From Halorhodospira halophila SL1 (GTDB lineage: Bacteria; Pseudomonadota; Gammaproteobacteria; Nitrococcales; Halorhodospiraceae): a stretch of 32,000 bases of DNA. Below the pieces are notes generated by a model, which saw only the letters and a list, made by a program, of their open reading frames with translations, did no database searches and had not been told where the DNA came from. Within the stretch, counting starts at the first letter, position 1. Every line of letters starts with the position of its first letter. A program made the position numbers and the translations under genes. Shown one piece after another: positions 1 to 10,739 of the stretch. The DNA is taken from positions 2,010,001 through 2,042,000 of the forward strand of contig NC_008789.1 of the NCBI RefSeq assembly GCF_000015585.1, given 5' to 3'.

Positions 1-135
1 GCGCCGCGCCGCCTCCTCGCGCAGCCGGTCGATCATGGCCCGGTGGCCACGGTGGACCCCATCGAAGTTGCCGATGGTGATCGCCGCACCGCGGTGACAC
101 GCCCGGACGTTATGCAATCCCCGGATGAGTTCCAT
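1..135 (-). CDS. ribF: Bifunctional riboflavin kinase / FAD synthetase, N-terminal fragment (runs off the window start)
   Basis: My translation of the minus strand from the ATG at 135 gives MELIRGLHNVRACHRGAAITIGNFDGVHRGHRAMIDRLREEAARR. The GNFDGVHxGH nucleotidyltransferase motif is typical of RibF. It lies directly downstream of murJ, the classical murJ-ribF arrangement. Confidence 0.85.
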   Translation of the reverse strand, partial: MELIRGLHNVRACHRGAAITIGNFDGVHRGHRAMIDRLREEAARR

Positions 136-182
136 GGTCCCTGAGAAAAGGATCAAGTGTACTAGCCCGGCAACAGGCTCGG

Positions 183-1772
183 CTAGCCGCCCGACTCGCC
201 AGCCGCCTCCGGCGCCGGCGCCGGCGGTTCACGGAATTGCCGCGGCCGCACCCCGAGGGCGTAGAGCGTCGCAAAGTAGACGCCCCCGCCAGCCAACACC
301 ACTGCGGCCAGCGCCGCCACCCGCATGGCCACGCCGGCCTCCAGCCAGGCCTCCAGGCGCAGCGCGGGATAGGCCAGGACCGCGACCATCAGGGCTGTGG
401 CCACGGCGACCTGCCCAATCAGGCGCAGCCAGCCGCTACCCGCCCGGTAGACCCCCCGGCGCACCAGGCCGGTGAACAGCAGCGCCGAGTTGACCGTTGC
501 CGAAGCGGCGGTGGCCGCCGCCAGGGCCACGTGGCCGTAGGGCGTTTCGTGCAGCGCCCACACCGCGCTGACGGACAGCACCAGATTGACCGCAACTGCG
601 GCCACGGCGCAGTAGACCGGGGTCTTCATGTCCTCCCGGGAGAAGTACCCCGGCGTCAGCACCTTGACCAGGACAAAGCCGAACAGGCCGAGGCTGTAGG
701 CGGCCAAGGACCAGGACGCGGCGACCACATCCTCCGGCCCGAAGGCCCCGTACTGGAAGAGCGTAGCGAGGATCGGACCGGCCAGGACGATGAGCCCGGC
801 GGTCGCCGGGGCCACCACCAGCAGCACCAGGCGCAGCCCCCAGTCCAGCGTGCGCGAGAAACGCTCCGGCTCGCTGCCCGCGTGCTCGGCCGAGAGGCGG
901 GGCAACAATACCGTACCCAGCGCGATGCCGAAGACGCCCAGCGGGAACTCCACCAGCCGGTCCGAGAAGTAGAGCCAACTGACGCTGCCGGTGATCAGGA
1001 AGGAGGCGAGGATGGTGTCCACCAGCAGATTGACCTGCATCACCGAAGAGCCGATCACCGCCGGCCCCATGAGCTTGGCCACACGCCGGACACCGGGGTG
1101 GCGCAAGGACGGCCGGGGCCACACCAGCAGCCCCTCGCGGTGGAGGAAAGGCAGCTGCAGGAGCAGCTGCAGGACACCGGCCACGGTCACGGCCACCGCC
1201 AGGGCCATGATCGGCTCTTCGAACCAGGGTGTGGCCCACAGCGCGGCCCCGATCATGGCAGCATTGAGCAGCACCGGGGCAAAGGCGAACGAGGCGAACC
1301 GATTGCAGGTGTGCAGCACGGCGCCAGCGCACGCCACCAGGGATATGAATAGAATGTAGGGGAAGGTGACCCGCAGCAGGTCGACGGTCAGCCCAAAGCG
1401 CTCGGGATCGTCACTGAAACCGGGCGCAAAGGCGCTGACCACCGCCGGCGCCGCCGCCATCCCGAGTGCCGCCACCAGTGCCAACGCCAACCCCAGGGTG
1501 CCGGCGCTGTAAGCGATGAGGGCGCGGACCTCGCGGTGGGTGCTGTGGGTCCGGTAATCGGTGAGCACCGGCACGAACGCCTGGGAGAACGCGCCCTCGG
1601 CGGTAATCCGGCGCATGAAATTGGGGATCTTGAAGGCAACGATGAAGGCATCCGTCTGGGCCCCCGAACCGAACACACCGGCGATGATCACGTCCCGGGC
1701 CAGGCCGAGCATCCGCGAAACAAAGGTCAGGGAGCCGAACGTAAAGATGTGGCGGAACAGACCGGTAACCAC
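183..1772 (-). CDS. murJ: Lipid II flippase MurJ (MviN)
   Basis: 529-aa polytopic membrane ORF. The N-terminus FGSLTFVSRMLGLARDVIIAGVFGSGAQTDAFIVAFKIPNFMRRITAEGAFSQAFVPVL is the conserved MurJ/MviN signature. Confidence 0.95.
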   Translation of the reverse strand: MVTGLFRHIFTFGSLTFVSRMLGLARDVIIAGVFGSGAQTDAFIVAFKIPNFMRRITAEGAFSQAFVPVLTDYRTHSTHREVRALIAYSAGTLGLALALVAALGMAAAPAVVSAFAPGFSDDPERFGLTVDLLRVTFPYILFISLVACAGAVLHTCNRFASFAFAPVLLNAAMIGAALWATPWFEEPIMALAVAVTVAGVLQLLLQLPFLHREGLLVWPRPSLRHPGVRRVAKLMGPAVIGSSVMQVNLLVDTILASFLITGSVSWLYFSDRLVEFPLGVFGIALGTVLLPRLSAEHAGSEPERFSRTLDWGLRLVLLVVAPATAGLIVLAGPILATLFQYGAFGPEDVVAASWSLAAYSLGLFGFVLVKVLTPGYFSREDMKTPVYCAVAAVAVNLVLSVSAVWALHETPYGHVALAAATAASATVNSALLFTGLVRRGVYRAGSGWLRLIGQVAVATALMVAVLAYPALRLEAWLEAGVAMRVAALAAVVLAGGGVYFATLYALGVRPRQFREPPAPAPEAAGESGG

Positions 1773-1816
1773 GCGGGGGACGCCTCCTCGATACGCAGCC
1801 AGCAGCGACGGCGCCG

Positions 1817-2983
1817 ATGATACAGCGGCCGGTCAAGGGGATACGAGCCGCCGTGGCTGATCCGGGCCACCTGGAGTGCCGGGCGGGCGCGGCGGCCCCC
1901 GAGGTGCGTATCCGCGGAGACTGGACCCTGGCCCACTACCGCACGCTCCTGCGGCAGGTGGAGCAGACCCGCCTGGGCGGCGAGCCGCGCGTCGACCTCA
2001 GCGCCCTGGGCCGGCTCGACACCGCCGGGGCGACGCTACTCGCCCGCCTGCTCGGAGCAGCCCGCGTCGAGGCCCTGGCGCGCTCCACGCCGGAGCTCTC
2101 CGCCGAGCGGCGCAAGCTGCTCCAGGCGGTCGCCGCCGCCAGCGAGCGCGCCCGCACCGCACCGGAACCGCGCGGCGATCCCTACTTCCTCGGTCAGCTC
2201 ACCATCGGCCTGGGGGCACAGATGACCCACGCAGGCCATCAGCTGGCCCGGGCCATCGGTTTCACCGGCCTGGTCATCGCGGCATTCGCCGCCGGCCTGT
2301 TGCGCCCCTGGCGCTGGCGCCTGGCCGCCGTCTCCCGGCAGCTCCAGCACACCGCCCTGGAGGCGCTGCCCATCGTCGCCCTGCTGACTTTCGCGGTGGG
2401 GGCCGTCATCGCCGTCCTCGGGGTCACCGTACTGGGCCGCTTCGGCGCCGGCATCTTCACGGTGGACCTGGTGGCCTACGCCTTCCTGCGCGAATTCGGC
2501 GTGGTCCTCACGGCGATCCTCCTCGCCGGACGCTCGGCCAGCGCCTTCACGGCGCAGATCGGCTCGATGAAGGCCAACGAGGAGCTCGACGCCATGCGCG
2601 CCCAGGGATTCAGCCCCATCGAGATGCTGGTCATCCCGCGGGTCGTGGCACTACTGATCGCCGTGCCACTGCTCTCCTTCGTGGCCGTGGTCTGCGGCCT
2701 GGCCGGCGGTGGACTGGTCACCCTGCTCAACGTCGACGTCCCGGCGGGGCGGATCATAGCCCTCTACAGCGACATCTCCGTCAGCCACTACCTGGCTGGA
2801 CTGGCCAAGGCACCGATCTTCGCCTTCGTCATCGCCATCATTGGCTGCCTGGAGGGGATCAAGTGCAGCGCCAGCGCCCAGTCGGTGGGCACGCACACGA
2901 CCTCCGCGGTGGTCCAGTCGATCTTCTGGGTCATCATCCTCAACGCTGTGGCCGCCCTGATCTACGTGGAGCTGGGATGGTGA
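1817..2983 (+). CDS. MlaE-family ABC permease with an N-terminal STAS-like extension of about 120 aa
   Basis: The C-terminal two-thirds match the MlaE/Ttg2B core (REFGVVLTAILLAGRSASAFTAQIGSMKANEELDAMRAQGFSPIEMLVIPRV). The N-terminus (RIRGDWTLAHY...VDLSALGRLDTAGATLLARLL) looks like a STAS/MlaB-type domain. The stop overlaps the next gene's ATG (ATGGTGA). The exact start is uncertain. Confidence 0.88.
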   Translation: MIQRPVKGIRAAVADPGHLECRAGAAAPEVRIRGDWTLAHYRTLLRQVEQTRLGGEPRVDLSALGRLDTAGATLLARLLGAARVEALARSTPELSAERRKLLQAVAAASERARTAPEPRGDPYFLGQLTIGLGAQMTHAGHQLARAIGFTGLVIAAFAAGLLRPWRWRLAAVSRQLQHTALEALPIVALLTFAVGAVIAVLGVTVLGRFGAGIFTVDLVAYAFLREFGVVLTAILLAGRSASAFTAQIGSMKANEELDAMRAQGFSPIEMLVIPRVVALLIAVPLLSFVAVVCGLAGGGLVTLLNVDVPAGRIIALYSDISVSHYLAGLAKAPIFAFVIAIIGCLEGIKCSASAQSVGTHTTSAVVQSIFWVIILNAVAALIYVELGW

Positions 2984-3768
2984 ACGGGGGCAATCGCACC
3001 GACACGCTGCCGGCGATCCGGGTTCGCGGGCTGGTGACCCGACTCGGCGGGCAAACCATTCACGACGGCCTCGACCTGGACGTCCGCCGGGGCGAAGTCC
3101 TCGGCCTGGTGGGCGGCTCGGGCAGCGGCAAATCGGTCCTTCTCCGCACGCTCGTTGGGCTTTTGCGCCCGGCCGAGGGGCACATCCAGATCCACGGCCA
3201 ATCGATCGACAGGCTGGGACAGGCCGCAGGCCTGGAGCGCCGCATCGGGGTGCTGTTTCAGCACGGCGCCCTCTACTCGTCGCTGACCATCACCGAGAAC
3301 GTCGCCCTCGCCCTGATCGAACACGCCGGCCTGACCCGCGCCGAGGCCGAAGACCTCGCCCGGGTCAAGCTGGCACTAACCGGTCTCGACCCGGCGGCGG
3401 GCCCGCGCTACCCCGCGGAACTCTCCGGCGGCATGGTTAAGCGCGCGGCGCTCGCCCGCGCGCTGTCCCTCTGCCCGGAAGTGCTCTTCCTCGACGAACC
3501 AACCGCCGGCCTCGACCCCATCAGCGCCGCCGCCTTTGACCGGCTGCTGGTCACCCTGCGCGACGCCCTGAACCTGACGGTGTTCCTGGTCACCCACGAT
3601 CTCGACACCCTCTACGCCACCTGCGACCGCGTTGCCGTCCTCGCCCATAAGCAGGTCCTGGCGACCGGCACGCTTGAGGAAGTGAGCGCCATCGACGACG
3701 ATTGGGTACAGGCCTATTTCCACGGTGAGCGTGGGCGCGCGGCCCGCAGCACGCAGGAGAACCGCTGA
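2977..3768 (+). CDS. MlaF-like ABC transporter ATP-binding protein
   Basis: Walker A GGSGSGKS, signature LSGGMVKRAALARAL and Walker B VLFLDEPTAGLD are present. The ATG at 2977 is in frame with the C-terminal part of track ORF 1876..3768, whose upstream part is an out-of-frame overlap with the permease. Confidence 0.93.
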   Translation: MVNGGNRTDTLPAIRVRGLVTRLGGQTIHDGLDLDVRRGEVLGLVGGSGSGKSVLLRTLVGLLRPAEGHIQIHGQSIDRLGQAAGLERRIGVLFQHGALYSSLTITENVALALIEHAGLTRAEAEDLARVKLALTGLDPAAGPRYPAELSGGMVKRAALARALSLCPEVLFLDEPTAGLDPISAAAFDRLLVTLRDALNLTVFLVTHDLDTLYATCDRVAVLAHKQVLATGTLEEVSAIDDDWVQAYFHGERGRAARSTQENR

Positions 3769-4710
3769 ATGGAAACCCGGGCGCGGCATTTCTGGATCGG
3801 GCTGGCCACGCTGGCCATGATCCTGGGCGGAATCCTCTTCGGGGTCTGGCTCACCGACTCGGATCTCTATGGTGAACGCCAGCGCTTCGAGATCGTCTTC
3901 GACGAGGATGTCGGCGGCCTGTCACCGCGCAGCCCGGTCAAGTTCAACGGGATCAACGTCGGCGAGATCGACCACCTGGGCCTCGACCCGGACAACCCGG
4001 GCCGTGTCATCGCGCGCATCACCGTCAGCGGAGAGACCCCGGTCCGGACCGACACGCGGGCACAGATCGGCAGCTCGAGCCTGTTCGCCGGAGGCGCCCA
4101 CATCCGGCTCAAGCCCGGCGACCCCGACGCACCGCCGCTGGAGCCCCCCGAACAAGGGCTGGCGCGGATCGAGACCGAATCCTCCCCGATGGCCCGGCTG
4201 CGCGAGGACAGCGACCAATTGCTCGCCGGCATCAACAACCTGGTGGAGACGGCGAACCAGCTGCTGTCAGCTGAGAACCTCGACACCCTGACCGCCACCC
4301 TGAACCACCTGGAACAGACCACCGGGGCCGTGGCGGCGCGCCGCGACGACCTGGGCCGGGGCATCACCGCCCTGGCCGACGGCGGCGAGCAGGCCGAACG
4401 CACCCTGCAGGAGGCGCAACAGCTCGTGAAGGAGGTGCGCGGACTCCTGGATGGCCCCGGCCGTGAGATTCTGCACAGCACCGCCCGGGCGACCGAAGCG
4501 CTGGAGGGCAGCAGTCGCGAGGCGCAGGAGCTGTTCCGGGACAACCGCGAGGCCGTCGAGCGCGGGCTGCAGAGCCTGCAGGACCTGGAACCGCTGAGTG
4601 AGGAACTGCAGCGGACCCTCGGCGATCTGCGCAGCCTGCTCCGGCGCCTGGGGCAAGACCCCGGCGGGCAGTTGCTACGCCGCGAGCAGATGGAGGAGTA
4701 CCAGCCGTGA
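3769..4710 (+). CDS. MCE/MlaD-family substrate-binding protein with a long helical C-terminal region
   Basis: It has an N-terminal TM helix ([21 protein letters not shown]) followed by an MCE domain ([35 protein letters not shown]). The last ~170 aa are heptad-like and Leu/Glu/Arg-rich. The ATG abuts the previous stop (TGAATG) and an SD CAGGAGA lies upstream. Confidence 0.9.
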   Translation: METRARHFWIGLATLAMILGGILFGVWLTDSDLYGERQRFEIVFDEDVGGLSPRSPVKFNGINVGEIDHLGLDPDNPGRVIARITVSGETPVRTDTRAQIGSSSLFAGGAHIRLKPGDPDAPPLEPPEQGLARIETESSPMARLREDSDQLLAGINNLVETANQLLSAENLDTLTATLNHLEQTTGAVAARRDDLGRGITALADGGEQAERTLQEAQQLVKEVRGLLDGPGREILHSTARATEALEGSSREAQELFRDNREAVERGLQSLQDLEPLSEELQRTLGDLRSLLRRLGQDPGGQLLRREQMEEYQP

Positions 4711-5333
4711 ACACGCGCCGCCCGACCCACCTCGGCACACTACTGATCCTGCTCGCCGCCACGATACTGAGCGCCTGCACCCTGCTCCCCGAAGCGGAGA
4801 CCTACACCGCCTACCAGCTGCCTCCGCCCGAAGGCGACGCTCCCGCCGCCGACACCGAGCCAGTGGACTGGACGCTGCGCGTGACCACACCGAGCAGCAG
4901 CGACCTGCTTGCCGGCAATCGCATCGCCGTGGCGACCGGCGAGCACCGCATGAGCACCTTCGCTGGCGCACGCTGGGTCTCTCCCCTGCCACGACTCTGG
5001 CAGGAGCACCTGATCGAAACCTTCTACGCCGATGGTCGAATCCACCGCCTGAGCGCCGACGGCGAACGCCTCTCGGCCGACCTGGAGCTGCGCACGACCC
5101 TGCGCGCGTTCCAGATCGAGACCCGCGACGAAGGCCCCCGGGCGCGGGTGGTGGTGGACGCCCGCCTGGTCGATGTCGGGCAGCGGCGGATCGTCGCCAC
5201 CGAACGCTTCGCGGCCACACGCGACGTCGCGTCCGACGACACAGACGCCGCGGTCGCGGCGCTCGGCGCCGCCAATCGGTCGGTCGGCCGCGAACTGGTG
5301 GCGTGGACCGTGACCGCCGCGGCCGAGGACTAG
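4707..5333 (+). CDS. ABC-transport auxiliary lipoprotein (DUF330 / PqiC-YmbA-like)
   Basis: It has a signal peptide with lipobox LSAC. The body resembles DUF330 (YQLPP...[19 protein letters not shown]...[19 protein letters not shown]). The GTG start overlaps the MCE stop (GTGA) and an SD GGAGGAG lies 8-9 nt upstream. Confidence 0.8.
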   Translation: MNTRRPTHLGTLLILLAATILSACTLLPEAETYTAYQLPPPEGDAPAADTEPVDWTLRVTTPSSSDLLAGNRIAVATGEHRMSTFAGARWVSPLPRLWQEHLIETFYADGRIHRLSADGERLSADLELRTTLRAFQIETRDEGPRARVVVDARLVDVGQRRIVATERFAATRDVASDDTDAAVAALGAANRSVGRELVAWTVTAAAED

Positions 5334-5342
5334 CCCAGGCGC

Positions 5343-5371
5343 TTGACAGGGGGCACGGCCCGAGGCATATT
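5343..5371 (+). promoter_or_regulatory. Candidate sigma70 promoter for rpsT (TTGACA-N17-CATATT)
   Basis: A perfect -35 hexamer sits at 5343-5348 and a 4/6 -10 hexamer at 5366-5371, in a locally AT-richer patch about 75 nt upstream of the rpsT start. Confidence 0.45.
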
Positions 5372-5446
5372 TACGCGCTTTACAGGATCCGTCTTTGCAA
5401 CTGCGGATCCCGTCTCCGAGGATCGCAAGCGAGCAGGAGTACAACC

Positions 5447-5713
5447 GTGGCGAATATCGCGAGCGCCAAAAAGCGTGCCCGTCAGGCCGAAGAACGTCGG
5501 CTGCGCAACAAATCGCGCCGCAGCGAGATGCGCACCTCGATGAAGAAAGTTCTCAAGGCGGTCAAGACCGGGGACCACGACCAGGCTCAGCAGGCCTACC
5601 GCGGTGCCGTGCGCGTCCTGGATCGTTCGGCGAATCGCGGGATCATCCACAAGAACAAGGCCGCGCGCCACAAGTCCCGGCTCAACGCCAAGGTTCGCAG
5701 CCTCGCCGGCTGA
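5447..5713 (+). CDS. rpsT: 30S ribosomal protein S20
   Basis: A GTG start is preceded by SD GCAGGAG. The product is [38 protein letters not shown]...[21 protein letters not shown], the S20 signature. It is the C-terminal part of track ORF 4598..5713. Confidence 0.95.
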
Positions 5714-5745
5714 ACCGGGCCAGCGGAACGTGCAGCCATCGGATG

Positions 5746-5776
5746 CGGGCGCCCTCTGAGGCGCCCGTTTCTCGTT
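5746..5776 (+). terminator. Rho-independent terminator after rpsT
   Basis: Stem CGGGCGCC / GGCGCCCG with a 6-nt loop CTCTGA, followed by TTTCTCGTT. It lies between the convergent rpsT and ankyrin genes. Confidence 0.7.
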
Positions 5777-5807
5777 CCAGCCCGCCTCCCCGCGCCGCCC
5801 CCGGCAA

Positions 5808-7667
5808 TCACCAGAACAACCCACTTGTGGCCGCCGGCAGGTCGACGTCGAAGACCTCGACCCACTCCATGCCGCGGATATGCGCCACCCGGCCCACGCT
5901 GATTTCACTGACCGCCGCCCCATCCGGCGGCCAAGCGCCGAACAGGTAGTCTTCGAACAACAGGCCGCGCAAGCCCGGCTCCTGGACCAGAAAGACGCCG
6001 TGAAGCCGGCCGTCTTCGGCAGCCTCCCGGGCCACTAGCTCGACCGTCGTCCCCGCCGGCAGCACCACCACCGGCGGTACCAGGCAACCGTGATCCCGGC
6101 AGGCCGTGGTGTACGGCAGAAAACGGGCGCTATGCCCCTCGTATCCGGCGCTATCGAAGATGGCTACCGGCGCATCGAGGCGCATCAGGCGCTGATGATC
6201 ACCACCGACGGATAGCCCAGGCGTCCCCTGTCGCGGCCCCGGCGCCTTGCCACCCCCGGCCTCGCGCACAGCCGCCACAGCCTCTTCCGCTATGCCGCGC
6301 GCCTCGGCAAGCCGGGCATAGGTCAGCGCTGTGGCACCGATCCGGTCCACGGCCCGGGGATCACTCCCCCGGGCCAATAGGGCGCTGAGGGTTGCCTCAT
6401 TCCCGGCCTGGGCAGCGAAGATCAACGGCGTGCGCCCATTGCGATCAGTCTGTTCCAGGCCCGCGCCGGCATCGAGCAGCGCCTCAACGGCCTCGGCGTC
6501 GGCCCAGGCCGCCGCTGCATGGATGGCGGCAAAGTCGTGTCGGTCACCGCCGCCGGGGGCCACGCCCGCATCCAGCAGGGCCTGCACGGTCTCGCTGCGG
6601 TCCGCGTCGCGCTCCAGCCCGGCCCGCTCGTCACCGGCAGAGACGTAGCCGACCGCAGCGTGCCAAAGCGCATCGGCGCCGTACTCATCCACGCTGCCGG
6701 CATCCGCACCGGCCGCCAGCAGGTCCTCGACCACCTCTCGATAGCCGAGCCGAGCCGCCTCCATCAGCAGCGTGCGCCCCTCGGCGTCGCCGCCGCGCAC
6801 GTTGACGTCGGGATCGACTCCCTGCTCCAGGAGCTCCGCCACCTGCACGGCATCGCCGTGGAGCGCCGCGGCGACCAGGGCCGCCGCCCCCTCGCCGTGG
6901 AGCTGAGCACCACGGCGCAGCAGCAGCGCCGCTGCGCGCGGGCTCCACTCCGCGGCGATATCCGCGAGGGAGAGGAAGTTATCGCCGTCCTGCCAGGCGA
7001 CATCCACCGGCAAGCCACGATCGAGCATCCATGCCAGGGTTTCGACATCACCGGCACGCACTACGCCGACCAGGGCCCACGGGGCCGCCGGACGCTCACC
7101 GACCTCACGCAACCGAGCCGCAACGCGGGGATAGCGGGCTGCGGACGCCATGGAGAGCGCGGTGGCCCCGTCGGCGTCGCGGCGGTCCGGCTCGGCCCCG
7201 GCTTCCAGCAGGGCGTCCACCGCCTGCAGATCGCCACTGCGGGCGGCCAGCATCAGCGGACTGCGCTCCTCTGCATCGACGGGATCCACCGCCGCCCCGG
7301 CCCCCAGCAGCGACCCGACGGATTCGGCGTGCCCTCCGGCAGCCGCCTCGTGCAGGGGGGTACGGCCGGCATCGTCCCGGACATCCGGAGCATCACCGGC
7401 ACCGCGCTCGATGAGCAGGTCCACCACGGCCACCTCACCGTTGAGCGCCGCGTAGTGCAGGAGACCGCGCCCCGCCCCGTCGGTGGCCTGCAGCTTGGCC
7501 GGCCCGTCCAGGGCCCGCTCCAGGGCGTCCACATCGCCGTCCCGGGCCGCGTTGAAGGCGTCTTGCTGCGCCGGGGTCAACGGCCAGCCACTGCAGGCGG
7601 TCAGCAACGAGGCCAGAGCCACCCCGGCGGTCAGCAAGGCAAAGACGCGGTGGGGAGTTCGGCACAT
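5808..7667 (-). CDS. Ankyrin-repeat lipoprotein (about 11-12 ANK repeats) with an unassigned C-terminal domain of about 140 aa
   Basis: It has a signal peptide and lipobox (FALLTAGVALASLLTAC). Repeated ANK motifs include GRTPLHEAAAGGHAESVGSLLGAGA, ERSPLMLAARSGDLQAVDALLEAGA, GRTLLMEAARLGYREVVEDLLAAGA and GRTPLIFAAQAGNEATLSALLARGS. The start lies 3 nt after the proB stop. Confidence 0.9.
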   Translation of the reverse strand: MCRTPHRVFALLTAGVALASLLTACSGWPLTPAQQDAFNAARDGDVDALERALDGPAKLQATDGAGRGLLHYAALNGEVAVVDLLIERGAGDAPDVRDDAGRTPLHEAAAGGHAESVGSLLGAGAAVDPVDAEERSPLMLAARSGDLQAVDALLEAGAEPDRRDADGATALSMASAARYPRVAARLREVGERPAAPWALVGVVRAGDVETLAWMLDRGLPVDVAWQDGDNFLSLADIAAEWSPRAAALLLRRGAQLHGEGAAALVAAALHGDAVQVAELLEQGVDPDVNVRGGDAEGRTLLMEAARLGYREVVEDLLAAGADAGSVDEYGADALWHAAVGYVSAGDERAGLERDADRSETVQALLDAGVAPGGGDRHDFAAIHAAAAWADAEAVEALLDAGAGLEQTDRNGRTPLIFAAQAGNEATLSALLARGSDPRAVDRIGATALTYARLAEARGIAEEAVAAVREAGGGKAPGPRQGTPGLSVGGDHQRLMRLDAPVAIFDSAGYEGHSARFLPYTTACRDHGCLVPPVVVLPAGTTVELVAREAAEDGRLHGVFLVQEPGLRGLLFEDYLFGAWPPDGAAVSEISVGRVAHIRGMEWVEVFDVDLPAATSGLFW

Positions 7668-7670
7668 GAC

Positions 7671-10178
<2,508 letters not shown>

Positions 10179-10193
10179 GCCTGATGCCCTCCG

Positions 10194-10508
10194 TCAGCCG
10201 GCGCTGATGCCGGTGATCTTGACCTGGGTGTACGGCTGCCGATGACCGTGGTGGCGACGGTAGCCCTGGCGCCGCTTGAACTTGGTCACCTCGACCTTGC
10301 GATGCCGATCCTGCTCGAGGACCTCGGCCTTCACGCTGCCGCCCTCTACGTGCGGCGTGCCGATCTTGACCTCACTCCCGCTGCCGACCATGAGGACATC
10401 GTCGAACTGCACGGTCTCGCCGACCTCGGCCGGGAGCTTCTCGACTCGCAGCACGTCTCCTTCCGAGACCCGGTACTGCTTTCCGCCGCTTCGGATCACC
10501 GCGTACAT
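10194..10508 (-). CDS. rplU: 50S ribosomal protein L21
   Basis: [25 protein letters not shown]...[19 protein letters not shown] is the canonical L21 sequence. An SD CAGGAG lies upstream. Confidence 0.98.
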   Translation of the reverse strand: MYAVIRSGGKQYRVSEGDVLRVEKLPAEVGETVQFDDVLMVGSGSEVKIGTPHVEGGSVKAEVLEQDRHRKVEVTKFKRRQGYRRHHGHRQPYTQVKITGISAG

Positions 10509-10662
10509 CGGCGTCTTGCTCCTGTCTACTCTGATGGCTACGGGCCGCCGCTCGATCCGACACGATCACCTCGCCTGACCCCGGGGCCGCTTCCGGGCCA
10601 TCGAACGAGTGGGGAGAGGCGGGCGTGGTGGCTACGGTCGATCCGCGGCGCCTTGGATTGTC

Positions 10663-10739
10663 TGGTCGGGGTGGCAGGATTTGAACCTGCGGCCCCTGCC
10701 TCCCGAAGGCAGTGCTCTACCAAACTGAGCTACACCCCG
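10663..10739 (-). tRNA. tRNA-Pro (anticodon CGG), CCA encoded
   Basis: The reverse complement is CGGGGTGTAGCTCAGTTTGGTAGAGCACTGCCTTCGGGAGGCAGGGGCCGCAGGTTCAAATCCTGCCACCCCGACCA. It folds by hand into a 7-bp acceptor stem, a D arm GCTC/GAGC, an anticodon stem CTGCC/GGCAG with loop TTCGGGA, and a T arm GCAGG/CCTGC. Confidence 0.95.

Noticed and set aside
125-475. 116-aa Pro/Arg/Ala-rich ORF at the ribF/murJ junction
   Set aside because: It is low-complexity, overlaps the murJ 3' end on the opposite strand, and has no SD. It is a GC artefact.
1876-3768. 630-aa ORF that looks like a fusion covering the permease and ATPase regions
   Set aside because: Only its last 263 codons (from the ATG at 2977) encode the ABC ATPase. 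The upstream part is Arg/Pro/Gly-rich and lies out of frame over the genuine MlaE-like permease. The same logic applies to 4598..5713 (real gene rpsT from 5447) and 20408..21637 (real start 20657).
10663-10739. tRNA-Pro as an integration hotspot marking a genomic island
   Set aside because: There is no integrase, no phage or IS gene, and no repeat of the tRNA 3' end that I could spot nearby. The flanking genes (ispB, rplU) are the conserved core neighbours.
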